Origin: Octopus sinensis
Lineage: Eukaryota
Reading direction: 5' to 3'
Length of the DNA stretch: 64,000 bases
Assembly: GCF_006345805.1 (NCBI RefSeq)
Contig: NC_043003.1
Span: 73,284,001-73,348,000, forward strand
Part shown: in pieces, positions 11,368 to 25,520 of the stretch
Layout of the letters: every line of letters begins with the position of its first letter
Numbering within the stretch: the first letter of the stretch is position 1
Notes under the pieces: model-generated
Told to the model about the DNA's origin: nothing
Database searches by the model: none
What the model saw: only the letters and a program-made list of their open reading frames with translations
Translations under genes and position numbers: made by a program

Positions 11368-13429
11368 TAATCCAGATCTTTGGATCTTTCCTTTATATAT
11401 TACCATATATATATATATATATTTAATTTTTAAGAAAAGATCCGGAAAAATAGCTACCAGGGTAGCCAAACGTCACATAAGCAATTTAAGATATTAATAA
11501 CCACACATACATGGGTAATAATTCCAAGAAGTGAGACGTGTTTTAGAGAATATAAGACAAATGGAAAATGGAGACAAACGCACAAGACGTTATTTATATC
11601 ATTTATATTACCGACATATATGTTTCGATGGATAAATTAAAATTAATCGGGGAGGATTTCTCTTATATATATATTTCTCATATACTTATATATACACACA
11701 CATTGACAGGAAATAGTAAAGCACAGCAAATAATTAAATAATTTTTCAATGTGTTTTTTTGCGGGGTGGGGGCAGTATATTCTATTCCAGTTCCATTATT
11801 TAAAATTACGAAGCCTTCTGACATGCATGTAAATATGTATATATATATATATATTTACTTGCATGTGTGTGTATGTGTGTGCGCGCTGGCGCACGTATAT
11901 GTACGATAGACAGGACTTTTACGTTAAGTGAACATAATACTTGATTTCTTCGTAAATTCTAACACTGTTATTGAGCATTTGTTATTATTGTAGCGTATTT
12001 ATTGAGTGAGAGAATGGAATTGGACGAATAGAGGATACAAATGAAATTAAACGAAACATTACACAAATTAGGAATCAATTGAGCAAATATTATTATGCGA
12101 CTAGCAGATAAACACCCTTCTGGAATTTATTAAAGAGAGACCGGCTTAATTTGAAATAAAAAGAATCAGATGTGTCTTTGTTGGTATGGCAGTTTAGTTT
12201 GATATAAACCTTACGATATCACTGCTATTGTTAGCATACTAAAAGCTCACCTAGAGGATGGGCTACCATTGAGCTGGTTTAAAAGAAAGATATTAAGACT
12301 GCGTAAAAGTAATAAAAGTAATATTTACATATTACTTGATTTCTTCATATATTTTAACCCTGTTAATCAGTGTTTGCTATTATGCTAACGTATTTATTGA
12401 ACGAGAGAATGCAGTTGGACGAATAAAGGATTCAAAGAAAAATTACAGGTAATATATAAGAAAAAGTTACACACATTAGACATAAAATATGTAAATATTA
12501 TTTATGGATGAGCAGGAAACCACTTGGCGGGCACAATCCTATCTCACCGAATGTAGCACTGAAAATACTTTAAACATATTCAATCAACAACAAAACACTA
12601 AGCTTAAATCCTTAATGTTTTGAAGCATAATATCCAGATCAACATCTCTAAATATGTCTAATCTCAGCTTCATTCAAACTATTCCTTCTATGTGAATTTC
12701 AAAGTTTTATTTTATCATATCTACTGGAATAATATATCCGTGTCAGTTTTTATCTGTTATATTCTATTCGTTTTACTTTTAAAACTATTTTAGAAATAGT
12801 TCGTGAAGATACCATAATAAAAGAAGTCCAGTGAATATATGGAGTTGATGTAGACACTCTTCGAGTCAAGGCTTTAAGCCATCTTGAAGCCTGGGTTGCA
12901 TTCCTCCGATGTAGGAACATCGTTTCAATGGTCGTTTCTAATCCTATAATGATAGATACAAATTTATCTAAACAAAAGCTTGTGCCTGAGTGAGCATATT
13001 TTGAGCTGGAGTGGTTGTAAACACAAGGAGATTGTACGCACTTGTTGTTCCTAGATGTAAGTCTTTCTAAAATCCACATTACCCACAGATATGAATTCAT
13101 ATATTCTCCGTGCTATCACCAACATAAAAATCTCTATATATATGGGCTTATATTGATCTGTGTATGCATGTTTGTGTGTATGTATATGAATATTTGGTGC
13201 AACTTTCAAAATTTTAACTTCGCTCATATTAAAGCTGGGCTGTGTGTATGCATACAGGGTTGCCCGTAGAGTCTAGTAAATGCATTATTCAGTGTCTCAG
13301 TGTCAATGCTGATTTAAGTAAAATTTGCATCCTCGAAATTCTTAATAAATTAAATACGGAATCTACAGCCGGAGAAAAGAAGCATACTTCAAGTCATTGC
13401 TCTTGTATTCCCCTAAATGCCAGCTATTT

Positions 13430-13606
13430 AAGAGGATGGGGCTTAGTCGATTCCATCGACCTCAGTACTCAACTGGTCCTTATTCAATCGACCCCGAAAG
13501 GATGAAAGGCAAGGTCAGCCTGGGCAGAATTTGAACTCAAAACGTAAAGACGAACGAAATGCCACTATACATTTCGTACAGTGTACTAACGATTCTGACA
13601 TCTCGT
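13430..13606 (-). mobile_element. SINE family A copy, degenerate
   Basis: aactggtccttattcaatcgaccccgaaaggatgaaaggcaaggtcagcc...tttgaactc. Confidence 0.8.
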
Positions 13607-16600
13607 TGTACTACATTGCAGCTATTAATATTAATTTACAGAATTAATCTCTCAAAAGCTATGCTTAGAATAGCAATCAATGGACGAAACAAAAAAAAAA
13701 AATTATACAAAGTATATTGAGAAATGAATAATACATATTTATAATGCCCTCTAGCTAAATTACCAAGACATAAAAAATGAGTACTGTATACCTTGAAATG
13801 CACAATCCTATCTTTTCTTATCTTGTAACTTTCCTAAATTCAACTTATTAACCAGAAAAATTTACTTTTCCAATACCTCCGACAACGAACCCGTTCGCTT
13901 CTCTAATACACACAATCAAATTAACAGCTGGTAATTACTATGTCATTTCTCTAAATAACCCAATTAATTCATTTTTGTGATTTCGTTAGAATGATATATT
14001 TTGATACAACACGTAACCTCTTTCCAATGTCACAAACTTACATCTAACGAAGTTCTTTTCCCTTTTCCCCTTTCCCATACTTGTACAAATTCAACGTTTA
14101 AAGATTAAAGATTGAACTAATTAAATACAATAAAACAAATAACGAAGCAAATATAAGTTATTTAATCAGTGTTGGAAGCAAAAATCAAAAGTAGAATACA
14201 GCTTTATTAGTTTTCGCTATTTTCCTCCAAAATTTTCTGTTACAAAACACAGGTTTCTGATATAGATGATATTTAGAATATCAATTCTGATTCCCTTAAT
14301 CAGACGAGTCGGCATCATTAGAGTTCGAGTTGACGACTCGCTTGTTGAATAATTTTCTTTCTACGTACTTTATTCCTTCGATTTTAAGAATATTATTTGT
14401 AACAAAAGCTATTACATCAAATAACTTCAAGCTAGATAATTTGAGACAATATTTTTACTGGAATGCCAAAGCAATAATCTTCAAAACAAATTACTTAGGA
14501 TAGAAAACCTTCAACAAAATGGAAGCTTGATATGTTGATATTTTTTCTTCTGATATTTTCCCAAAATATCCAACTTCAAAAAAGACTTTACTGGTTAAAA
14601 ATTTAAAAACAATAAAAAATTAATGAAATTTTTAGTATTTTGTCTTTCTTTGTATTACGTTTAAATTATTTAGCAAAAAGCTTCATTTCTAATAAATATA
14701 AGTACTATTTACACAAATCGAATGCACCTAATATATTAATCAGTAATCAGGTTACAAATGAGCACGAGAAATACATTAAGTATCTAAGGGATCATGTAAA
14801 AAAAATCTTAAAATTTTTTAAATTTTAAAATACATTTTACACCTTATTACTTCGGGCTTTCCGGGTTTACGCAACCACACAACATTTTTTATTACCCAAC
14901 AGCATCCCTAACCAACCTTGCTTTTAAAAAAGTGCATTAAATTTACCATTATTTGCCACTAATCACCTCTATAAAATCGTGGGTATACGTCGTTGTTTCT
15001 TTTAAATCATATACGTTCAAACAACAACCATAAATAATCCTATTCCGTGTCTTCTGCAGCAGCCCCTCTATCAATGTCTAGTACGAACGGTTGCTATTTC
15101 TAGCATATAATCATACAAGCAGAACTATTATTTCATCATGAATGCGATGACGAAATATGTTTAAGCGCTAGACCAACTTAACGTTTGTGCCATTATAATT
15201 TTGCTGAAGAACACAACAGGAAACCTCTCACTCACTCACAAGGCCTTTCGTGTTAGTACAAAGTCACTAGTGGGGAAAGCGTTTTTAACGTGGTTATTTG
15301 TTTTCACATCAATTTCAGTATGTAATGAAACCAGTTAAAAAATTTCTAGCAAAAATGTCGACCGAGTTTTGTTTATATTCCTATAATGATTATATATTGA
15401 TATTAAAACCAAATATAGGATACTTTTATTCCGCGTAGTCTATATGGAAATTAAATAAATAAAGAAGGAATGGCAAAACAATATTAGAATCTGAATAAAA
15501 CTCCCCGTCTGGGGCGGCAACTGTATGCCAAAGATAAGTCAAGATGCCAAATTCTCTTTCAGGCCATTATTTGTAATACTTGTAAATTGGGATGTTCTTA
15601 CCAGAAGCATAGGCAGACGTAATGTTCGAGCAAGTGTACAGAGGCGACAGTTTTCTATATTTTCTCTCACTGATTTACTATTAATTTCACTTCTTGATAA
15701 GAAGCTTCTTTAGACTCTTAATGCGAGATTCGATTCTACACGACAACTTATCTATCTACTGCCAATACCTGCAACGAAATATGGTCACTGTTGTCTTCAT
15801 TTATTATTTGTATGCATTGTGGTCCAAATATCTGCTTGATACCTCAAGGATGTGCTAATACTGCCACTGTCTATGCAGCTTCCACCATCTATGCAGCTTG
15901 CCACTTCGACAGCGTTTGATACCAAGCTCAGTCGCCTACTAATTTGGTAAAGCGACACGGATAGTCTTTCTTGTTATATAGAAAGTTAGTAGTGAATATT
16001 ACCGACTACGTTATGGACCGTTTAATATCTGAATATGGAAACGTCCTCAAACCCTTTGATCTGTCTATAGGTTTAGATAATCAACGACGCAGTAAAATGA
16101 ATCTGGTCATACCCGAGTCCACCGTAATCGGCAAACCCTCTGGGGTTTTTTTGTGGGTAATGATAGGCGATTTTCCTCTGTCTGGTGTCTCTAGTGAATG
16201 ATTAGAGTAGTGGACAAGATTAAAAAGGCGAGACATACACTGGTTCTTATTCCATCAATGTCTTAGAAACTGTTTCGATAAGCAGTTTGAAGAAGGAGGT
16301 AGGTGGAGGTAAAAATGCTGAAATATGAGAATAGGATAATTGGTATATATAATTGGTGAAGATGGAATAGGATAATTGGTATATTTTGAATATATGCTTA
16401 TATTTTGTGGGTGACGTTTGCGAGAGAAATTACTCAAATATTAGTGATAATCTTTGGACCTAGGTGGCTGTTTCCCACCGGGGTTACACACAATATATTT
16501 CGCAACAACAATTTGTTAAGTAAAATGCATTGCTTTTATAGTCGACTCAGTGTAATCATTCACCTCATGCGATTCGCAATCATACCTTTTAATATGCAAC

Positions 16601-16904
16601 TGTCCTGATCTTTCGGGTAATAACATAATATGCAACTGTCCTGATCCTTCGGGTAAAAACATATATCTATATTTTCATAAATATTCAAGTTAGATTGTCA
16701 CTAGTGTATGTTGAAATGTTGCTTCTTTTCTACTATTTTCATGAATACTTTGTGGCAGCTAATATTTGATGTCCTGAAGTTGCTGTTGTATTTGATAACC
16801 TGAAATTGTCATTGTATAGTGAAGGACGTCACCATTATGGATCAAAACAATACAATCACAATGAATTAGTTAATCAAGCCTAGTTAGTTTTGTTTTGTCT
16901 TATC

Positions 16905-17235
16905 AATATCTTTTATCTTTATTTGTTTCAATCATTAGACTGCGGCTATCCTGGAACACCACCTTGAGGAATTTTAGTGGAACGAATCCATCTGAGTACT
17001 TACTTTTTCCTGGTATCGTTTTGTCGGTTCTGTTGCTGAACTGCCATGTTACGACAACATAATCACAGTAACATCAGTTCTCAAATCATTGGGATGAACA
17101 AATACAAACACACGCACACACATATATACAACGGGATTCTTTCAGTTTCCGTCTTCCAAATCCACTCACAATGGTTTTGGTCGGCTCAAGTCTAAACATA
17201 CGACCAAAGTCCCACTGCGTGGGACTGATTTCGGT
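16905..17235 (-). mobile_element. SINE family D copy, degenerate
   Basis: Reverse complement of tail (tttcaatcattagactgcggc), short internal (CA/TA) tract and ctttcagtttccgtcttccaaatccactcaca segment. Confidence 0.75.
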
Positions 17236-18454
17236 ATGTTTGTCTGTATTTGTTCCTCTTAATTTAAAATCCGGTATTCATTGTCTTTACCATTAATTCA
17301 ATGAAACTATACATTGTATAAATATAAAATAGTCTATCAGCCTAGGACTATTTCATTAGCTGAAAGATTAATAAGAAATATTTAATTAGTATGACTAACC
17401 TCTTAGCTAATGAAGTAATATTTAATAATAACTCAGAATTCTATAGTTATGCTCTGGTTGGAACTGGATGTAATGAAAAAAGAAAGTAAAGTATGGCCAA
17501 ATTAAATGTCACTTGTCATATTGAGATTACAAAATATAAGCTGCAAAATAAATCATTGTTAACGACAAATAATTGTAGACAGCACGGCTAAATTTTAACT
17601 AAAAGTAAAAATAGAATCGCGAATATATTTATCAATAGAAATATTTTGTCAAGTGATAATATAGTCATTTACCGTCTAATGTTATTAAAAGAATTAAGAA
17701 TCTGGCTAATGCTATATAGAGAATTACGAATCCGCCTAAGTACAAGAGTAAGCACAAAACTCCTTGAGTATACGTATTAGCCCCACTACAAATTACAAAT
17801 ATATTTCTGAAAAAAAAAGAGATAGTGTTTGAATGCCACTTATAATAGAAATGTGATTCTTTGCCGCATTATAATTCAAAGATATAAAATTAATAATATC
17901 TTCAGTGTTTCAAATATTGATTGTATTCACATAATACTTTCAATTCTCCACTTCCAGATTTTATACCTTTCAGCAATTAATCTATTAAGGTATGACTACT
18001 TTTCTCTAATTTAAAATAATAAGTTATCGTTGAATGGTAAAACAGAATATAATCTGATATAATGTTTCCTTTTCAAGAGATATTAAAACTAGAATTGCGC
18101 AATTATTCCATAAAATTCTTGAAGTCAGTTTTACTCCACAACATAAGTATTACCCAATTTTCAACATGCCAACCATTAAATTGTCTTATTGTAACACACC
18201 TAATATAGCTTATATTTTATTATATTTTCTATATTTTGTTATATTTTTCTAATTTAAGCAAGTTTGATATTAATTCTGAACCAAAACTTTAAGCCTTAAT
18301 AATACTTCTCCAAGAGATTATGTTAGTCGTAACTTAATAGATTATAATACTAATGTTGACATGTGTAGGGGTTGTCTTGTTAATAATGGTAGTTGTAGTA
18401 ATAGTAATAATCATTTGTACTGCAGGAATTTGTGAGGAGAAGGAAGGCGATTAC

Positions 18455-18605
18455 ATTATCCCTAGTGTTCAACAAGTACTTTATTTTATCAGCCCCAAAT
18501 GTCAAAGACAAACTCGGCGGGATTTGAACTCAAAATATAAATGACAGACGAAATGTCACAAAGCATTTATCAGTCGTACTAACGATTCTGCCAGCTAGCC
18601 ACCTT
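18455..18605 (-). mobile_element. SINE family A copy, strongly degenerate
   Basis: tacttattttatcagccccaaatg...ctcggcgggatttgaactcaaaa...taacgattctgccagct. Confidence 0.65.
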
Positions 18606-19380
18606 AGTGATAAAAACAACATGATAATAATTGTTGTAATAATGGATGAAATAATATTAATGAAGGCCATAGTAATTATAACAATAATAACAAAAAATAA
18701 AAAGCATAAACACATCGGATGCTTCTTGTATTAACCAGAGTAACGAGGGGAAAACAGAAATAATAAACTTCTAATTTCAATGATAACACAATTTTATCGA
18801 TTTGGAAGAATTCCGAGAGAAAATTTTTCCATTAACGCTCACCGCAAGCACGATATTGTGGTTTAAAAATATACTCTAAAACCAATAATTCTTCTATATT
18901 CTATATTGGTTCAGTTATAATTTCAGATATTACACACATCGCCATTCATTTTCCAAAGATAACCTAAAGAACTCTAGTTTCCTTGCTGACTATGATTTTA
19001 ATTTGAAATTTAAAAACATTCCCAATGACTTGGAATGTTCTATGTTGATATCTGTACTAGATGGCAAAAACAAAAACAATGACAAAAAAGAAAAAGAAAA
19101 ACTGCCGGCTATATACATATGTGGTTTACGCGGATTTTAAACGTCACCACTAACCTTTACTTAATTTCAAACATGAAGTTATCGTTCACTGCCATCATTC
19201 AATCTTCTTTCTTTCTCCAAATATACAGAGCATGAATATTAAAATATGTTTTCTCCTCTCTCATTAGTAATTCATGATCACAACGCGGTTTAAGCTAGTT
19301 ATGAAACTGAAAAATCATTCAGGTGAAGGTCTTCCCAGTCCCTACTTCATAACTAATGAGTCTTTATAATTACATTAGTG

Positions 19381-19422
<42 letters not shown>

Positions 19423-19764
19423 GTACAAGTTAAATAATCCTCAAGTAATGATATTTTGAATGCCTTTAATACGTAAGTTTCTGGTCATTGCGCATTCGAT
19501 AAAAGGAATTTCATTTCTAACGCAACATCTTCCTCATGTAAGGCATTTCTAAACATAAACAGAAATATGGAATTGGGCCGTTATATTTTGTCAGAACAGT
19601 TAAAGTCGTCCATTCTTATAAACTGCATTGTTTTGGCTTTTAAAACATATAATTATAAGCACACACTCTCACAAACGGAGACGCGGAGACACGTACACAC
19701 ACACATGCACACACACAGTTCGAAGATATGCAACAACAAAAATAAAAGACAACTGTAGGTAAGA

Positions 19765-19870
19765 GAACAAGAAACAAGTGTATTAGTTTGACGCATAGTA
19801 AAATGAAAGAGGTCTTGATGTTTCAAGCCTATGCTCTTTTGCAGAAAGGAATGAGAAAAGAAAACAATTG
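19765..19870 (-). mobile_element. Penelope-type terminal-repeat fragment with decayed hammerhead
   Basis: Homologous in reverse to 50880-51045; minus strand uuu-CUGCAAA-a-gagc(auag)gcuu-GAAA-ca-UC-aag. Confidence 0.55.
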
Positions 19871-20725
19871 GAGAGAGGAATACATGATGAAGGGACAGGA
19901 TGGAAAAGGTTGAAGACATGGGTGTCAAGGGAGATAACAGTGACTTTGCTGAATTGCTTGTATGCAAGCATGTGTGTATGCGAGGTATAATATGTGTTTG
20001 TGTATTAGTGTGCATGAGCAAGCGTGTGAGTCTGTGTGTGTGGGTAATCACGTGTGTGAGTAGGAAGATTAGAAGAATTAGTGCGCGTAGGTATGTGTAT
20101 GTATGGCAGTGCACGTGTGTATGTGTGTATGTATGTGAATAAAAAAACCGTGGTGCTATGTGTGTGTGTTTGTGATCTCCGTGTATTTATGTGTGCGTGT
20201 AAGGGTGTGTGAATGTGTGCATATGTGTGTGAATGTGTGTGTGGCCGCTAACATATGTGAATTTCAGGCTATCAAATCTATGTGAGGGTGTATTAATGTG
20301 CAAGCGCGCGTGTGTAGCATCTAAAATGTGTTTGTGTACATTGTGCAAGTAGCGTGTGTGCGCCCGTGTGTGTGTATGAGTGTGTGTGCATGTGTGTGTG
20401 TGTGTTGTGTTCGTGCGTGACTGTTAATTGTGTGTGTGTGTGTGTGTGTGTGTGCAAATCACTGTTGTTTACATATGTATAATGTTTATGCGTGTGTATA
20501 TATGTGAAAGACTGTACCTGTCCTGGTTATCAGTTGGTGTGTGTATATGGAGTGTTGGATAAAGTGTGTGTATGACGGTAATATGTGTATGAATATTCTG
20601 CGTATGTGTGTATATGTGTGTGAGAGCGCTTGTATGTATGTGAAGCTCTCTGATGTATGTGAGTTGTAGCATGATATATTTGGGTTCCCATAGATGGAAG
20701 TGTCAGGTGAATTAGGAATGATATG

Positions 20726-20957
20726 AAAGGCGGCGAGCTGGCAGAAACGTTAGCACGCCGGGCGAAATGCGTAGCCGTATTTCGTCTGCCGTTACGTTCT
20801 GAGTTCGAATTCTGCCGAGGTCGACTTTGCCTTTCATCCTTTCGGGGTCAATTAAATAAGGACCAGTTACGCTCTGGGGTCGATATAATCGACTTAATCC
20901 GTTTGTCTGTCCTTGTTTGTCCTCTCTGTGTTTAGCCCCTTGTCGCTAGTAAAGAAA
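20726..20957 (+). mobile_element. SINE family A, full length
   Basis: Complete head-to-tail copy; 13-bp TSD taggaatgatatg at 20713-20725 and 20958-20970; central gactttgcctttcatcctttcggggtc resembles Meta/MESC-type SINE core domains (assignment from memory). Confidence 0.92.
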
Positions 20958-21436
20958 TAGGAATGATATGGGGTAAGGGTTGCGAAATATGGGTGCACGA
21001 CGTCATTCAACGCTAATGTACGTGGGGGAAAGGAAGTGTGGAGTCTGTATGTTAGAGTGTGTGGAGATTGGGAAAGAGTGTTTGTGCATGTGCGTTCGTG
21101 TGCATGTGTGTAGGCACATGTATATGGTGTGGGGACATATTTGTGCGTGGTGTAGGTACTGAGTATAACGGTGTAGTGAAAGTGTATGCAGTAGAGGAGG
21201 AGGGGAAGTGGTATGCGTGGTGTGAGAAAAATGTGTGTGGAAATGGTTTTAGACAAAATGAAGTGAAGAATTGGGACCATATGAGACTGAGGGCTGGAAA
21301 GAGATAATAAGAGCCCACACTCGACAGGCGGGAAGGCGGCTGGCCTCTCTGCAATACCAATACGAACAAAGACAGACGTTATAGGGAATAAACGGTCAAG
21401 CTGATGTGGTGCAAGACCAGAGTGTCATTGCCTTTA

Positions 21437-21492
<56 letters not shown>

Positions 21493-21510
21493 GTGAGTGT
21501 ATATATATAT

Positions 21511-21838
21511 TGGAACACTCCGTCGGTTACGACGACGAAGATCCCAGCTGATACGATCAACTTAACAGCTTGCTCGTGAAATTAACGTGCAAGTGGCTGA
21601 GCATTCCACAGACACGTGTACCCTTAACGTAGTTCGCAAGGAGATTCAGCGTGACACAGAGTGCGACAAGGCTGGCCCTTGTTGAAATAGAGGTACTACT
21701 CATCATTGCCAGTTGAATGGACTGGAGCAACGTAAAATAAAGTGTCTTGCTCAAGGACACAACGCATCGCCGGTAATCAAACTCACATCTTTACGATCAT
21801 GAGCCGAATGCCCCTAACCAGTAAGCCACGCGCCCTCA
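21511..21838 (-). mobile_element. SINE family B2 (C-type middle + B-type tail)
   Basis: Reverse complement of the 25521-25843 architecture. Confidence 0.85.
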
Positions 21839-24128
21839 CTATATATATTTATACATCTTTATAGTGTATTATTTGTATATGTTATTTTTTATTACTTGTG
21901 TTCTTTTGTTCAAACATGTGCTTTTGTATTTTTCATATGCATACATTTGTATTCGTATTCGTATATCTAAGTGTGCAGTTTTACGTATGTATCTTTGTAT
22001 GTATGTATGAATCTACATATGTATGTGTGTATCTCTCTCTATATATATATAGAATTATATTTGCACTTACTTACCTTCCCCAGAAGCTTACAATATATTT
22101 TCACACGCGTAATGTATTCTATGTTCTTTTTTATATATCAGTTTTGTCTTCACGCTTCAGTTTATATATAAATATATTTACACCAGTCTTAGGTTTTGTT
22201 TACTAACTTCTTTACGATTACGTCTAATTTTACCTGTGTTTGTGTGCGAATATTTCTTTGTTTCATACACATGTATTTATATTTTATTTATTTGGTGTTA
22301 TCGGAATGTTAAATATGTATACACGTACACATGATTGTGTATGCATATGTATGGTTGTTTGTGTGTTGCATGTTCATATACATATCTATGTTTATTACTG
22401 TTGTGCAGACATAGTTGCCACTATACCTGATTAGTTGCGTTCCGACACTTCATCCAAATCTACTACTCTACCAGAACCAGGGATCCTCGTAAAAAATACA
22501 CCTACTTTATCTAAACGGTAGCATTTAACCCTTCCCGCAGTCCTCCTTATTACCTGTAAGGTTTGAGATCTTCTATTTCTCAGTCACTTGTCGAAGATCT
22601 CTCCTGGACTCACGGCTTCGGGATCATGTTGCACACATCCTTTGTGCTCTTACTTTGCGCTTTCTAGACCACGTTGCTTGTTGTACCGTCATTTGGCGGA
22701 CATAGCAATATATTATTCGAACGGACCTGTCTACATAAGGTCCAAATGCACTGTTTGTTGACGCGTGCAACGAATGATGCAGTATGGTTATTTTTTCAAA
22801 CGTTTCTAATATTGCAGTTTTTGGTTGTCTTATACACAACTAGCATCACGCTGGTACTTCTATTGGACCCGTAGGGTTTCCTTTGTAATTGCTTGGTGAG
22901 CCTTCGACAGTGTTGTATTTCTGCAGAAAATGTAACAGAATCTTGAAGTTCGTAACTTTAACTTCAACAGTTAAATTTATAAATTGAATTTCAAACTTGT
23001 AGCTTGTTTTTGAGTTTACTTACATGTACCATGATTGCTTTGAATAGGTATGTATTTATATTATATTAGTACCAGATTATGGCTTGGTGTAAGGTACTTT
23101 GTCTTTTTTATTATGTGATTTTTTAATATGCGTCTGTTTCTTCTATAAATGGTAAACGTTTTATGCATATAGTACACTTTATGTATAATATGTGTGTTTC
23201 TTTATTCGGGGTATTGTTTAATGCATTTGTTGCGTTGTATTTCTGTCTAAATTAGTCAGTACTTATTCTGCTTCTCAGTTTGGATATCTGTTTTAGTTAC
23301 TATTTCACTTATTCTGTGTGTTTCTTTTAAACTTCCATTTATGGGATGGGATGTTCCAAGTAGTGATTTTAATACTGACATTTTGTAGTCGTGTAGCATT
23401 TGCTACTTCTGTATTCCTATATACATTATTTGTGTCTTCTGTGTGCACTTACATAAGGTATGTTTCTTTTTTTTTAATCTGAAATATTTACGCCTCGAAA
23501 TGGAATCATGTTAGTTATTGCTTCCGGTTGTTAATTTGTTTTCTCCTGGGTTGTTCTCTAGGTCTTCATTTAATTTCTCATGTGCGCAATATTATTACTA
23601 TATCGTCGTATTATTGGTTATGTATATTTTGTGGAAGCATTGGGCGACATGGTTTTTTATGCGATTACATTGTATGGTATCACTACGTTTGATTTTGCAG
23701 CTAGGTGTTCAAATGCCAAGCTACTTTCATGGAATTGGGTTGTTGGTGATAAAACGTATACTAGAATTCATAATCGCTGTGCTACAATTTCTCAGGAAGA
23801 GGAGAAGGCAGCTATCTGACTTGTCAATCAGAAAATTTAGGACAAGGCATGGAGAACTGATTTTTATCATTGTTCCATCACTCTCATAATAACTACTACT
23901 TTCTTATATTTGGAGATGTGACTTATTAAGTAAGCTCTACCTAATGTTCTCACAGAACATTATGGAGTATATATTCTTGAGTATATATTCCTCATCCGTT
24001 TGCTGTTACTCAAACAATAAATAGTGTTACACCGCGCACTGAAAATGTTTTAATGCTATGCATATTATTTTTGCTACTAAAATGAGCTTTAAAATATGTT
24101 ACAATTTGTAAAAACAAATTTCACGTTC

Positions 24129-24172
<44 letters not shown>

Positions 24173-24754
24173 TCAGCTTCACATGCACACACATACACGG
24201 AGGTTTATATTCATCGATGGCTAGTTGTTCTTAATTTTCTAGCTCTTATATTATTTCACCTCCATAGAATTCAAATCATCTCTCCGACTTGTTAGTCTGG
24301 TCCGTTGTAGTGTCAACTTTTCTTTTTTTTAATTTTCCAGTTCAAAGGATATTTTACTGTCTTGGCTAAATTGTTTCCATTATATTGAAGAGTCTTTCAA
24401 AAAATTGGGGAACATGTTCAGCGTGTAATTTTAAATCATGCATGAAGTGATGATAATAAATGTTTCTATTTGTCTCTCTTCCAACCAGTAATATAAATTG
24501 GCTTTCTCTAAATTTATTAATTAGAAATCTCAATGGCAACAAACGTAACGTGATGATCTCAATCTCAGAATTTTACGAATAATTCCTTTGGGGCAGTAAA
24601 TCAACGGATTAATGTATTTTTTGTCGATTTATAACAAATGAACCTAAATGTGCATGCCTATGATAAAAGGCGTTCCAGCGAAGACAAACCGGTTTTCGTT
24701 CATTCTTTGAGTAGTCTGAACAACAATTCGTAGAATTGTAATATGTTATTCCGT

Positions 24755-24912
24755 GTCTGTCCTTACGTTCTGAGTTCAAATTCCGTCGAGGTCGACTTTG
24801 CCTTCCATCCTTTCGGAGTCGATAAATTAAGTACCAGTTGCGTACTGGGGTCGATCTAATCGACTAGCCCTCTCCACAAAAATTTCGAGCCTTGTGCCTA
24901 GAGTATAAAAAA
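24755..24912 (+). mobile_element. SINE family A, 5'-truncated, variant tail
   Basis: ttacgttctgagttcaaattccgtcgaggtcgactttgccttccatcctttcggagtcgataaattaagtaccag, then gccttgtgcctagagta tail. Confidence 0.85.
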
Positions 24913-25520
24913 AAGAATATGTTATTTCGTATATCTCCTATACTTAGCAAATCAAACAACGATGTTGACATTTAAAGTGCAGTTGTTCCCCAGCATGACC
25001 TTGACGAAGTTTAAAATATTTAAAAATATTTAAAAATTGCCTGTGCTAAAATTTTATCGATCTTGTAAAAAGTTTAGCAACTTGTTAAATATTGGAGCAG
25101 TGTAATGGAAGCCAATCAAAGATGTTCTTGCAGTCTATGAATGAACGTTAAATGTTCTACTTTTTACATACTTTCTCATTATCCATTACAAAAATATTAA
25201 TAAGGAGCTGCTTAATTTTCCCTTCAGAGGCTAACTCATTGTTAGTGGTACCTTTTTGCTTTTGAATGTTATTGGAGATGAAATATTTGATAATTAGTCA
25301 ATATAATGAAGGATTTGATTATGTTGATAGTAACAGCAGCACAGTTTCTCTGATCTGGTTGGGGGTTGATCAATTTTTTTAAACTTAAGAAGCAAGTATG
25401 TCAAGATTATATATACATAAAGCTTTTTCAGGTGACTTCAACGCCTGATATTCACAACTAGAGCGTGCATGTGGGTGTTATAAAAATTTGTCCATGATGT
25501 ATATAAAGATTGATCGTTAT

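Noticed and set aside
15971-16201. ORF with RLISEYGNV, reminiscent of LINE ORF1
   Set aside because: Match too short, with no zinc knuckle or ORF2 nearby.
16591-16662. 36-bp direct repeat, CRISPR-like in length
   Set aside because: Only two adjacent copies, no spacer, no cas genes, eukaryotic context; a simple tandem duplication.
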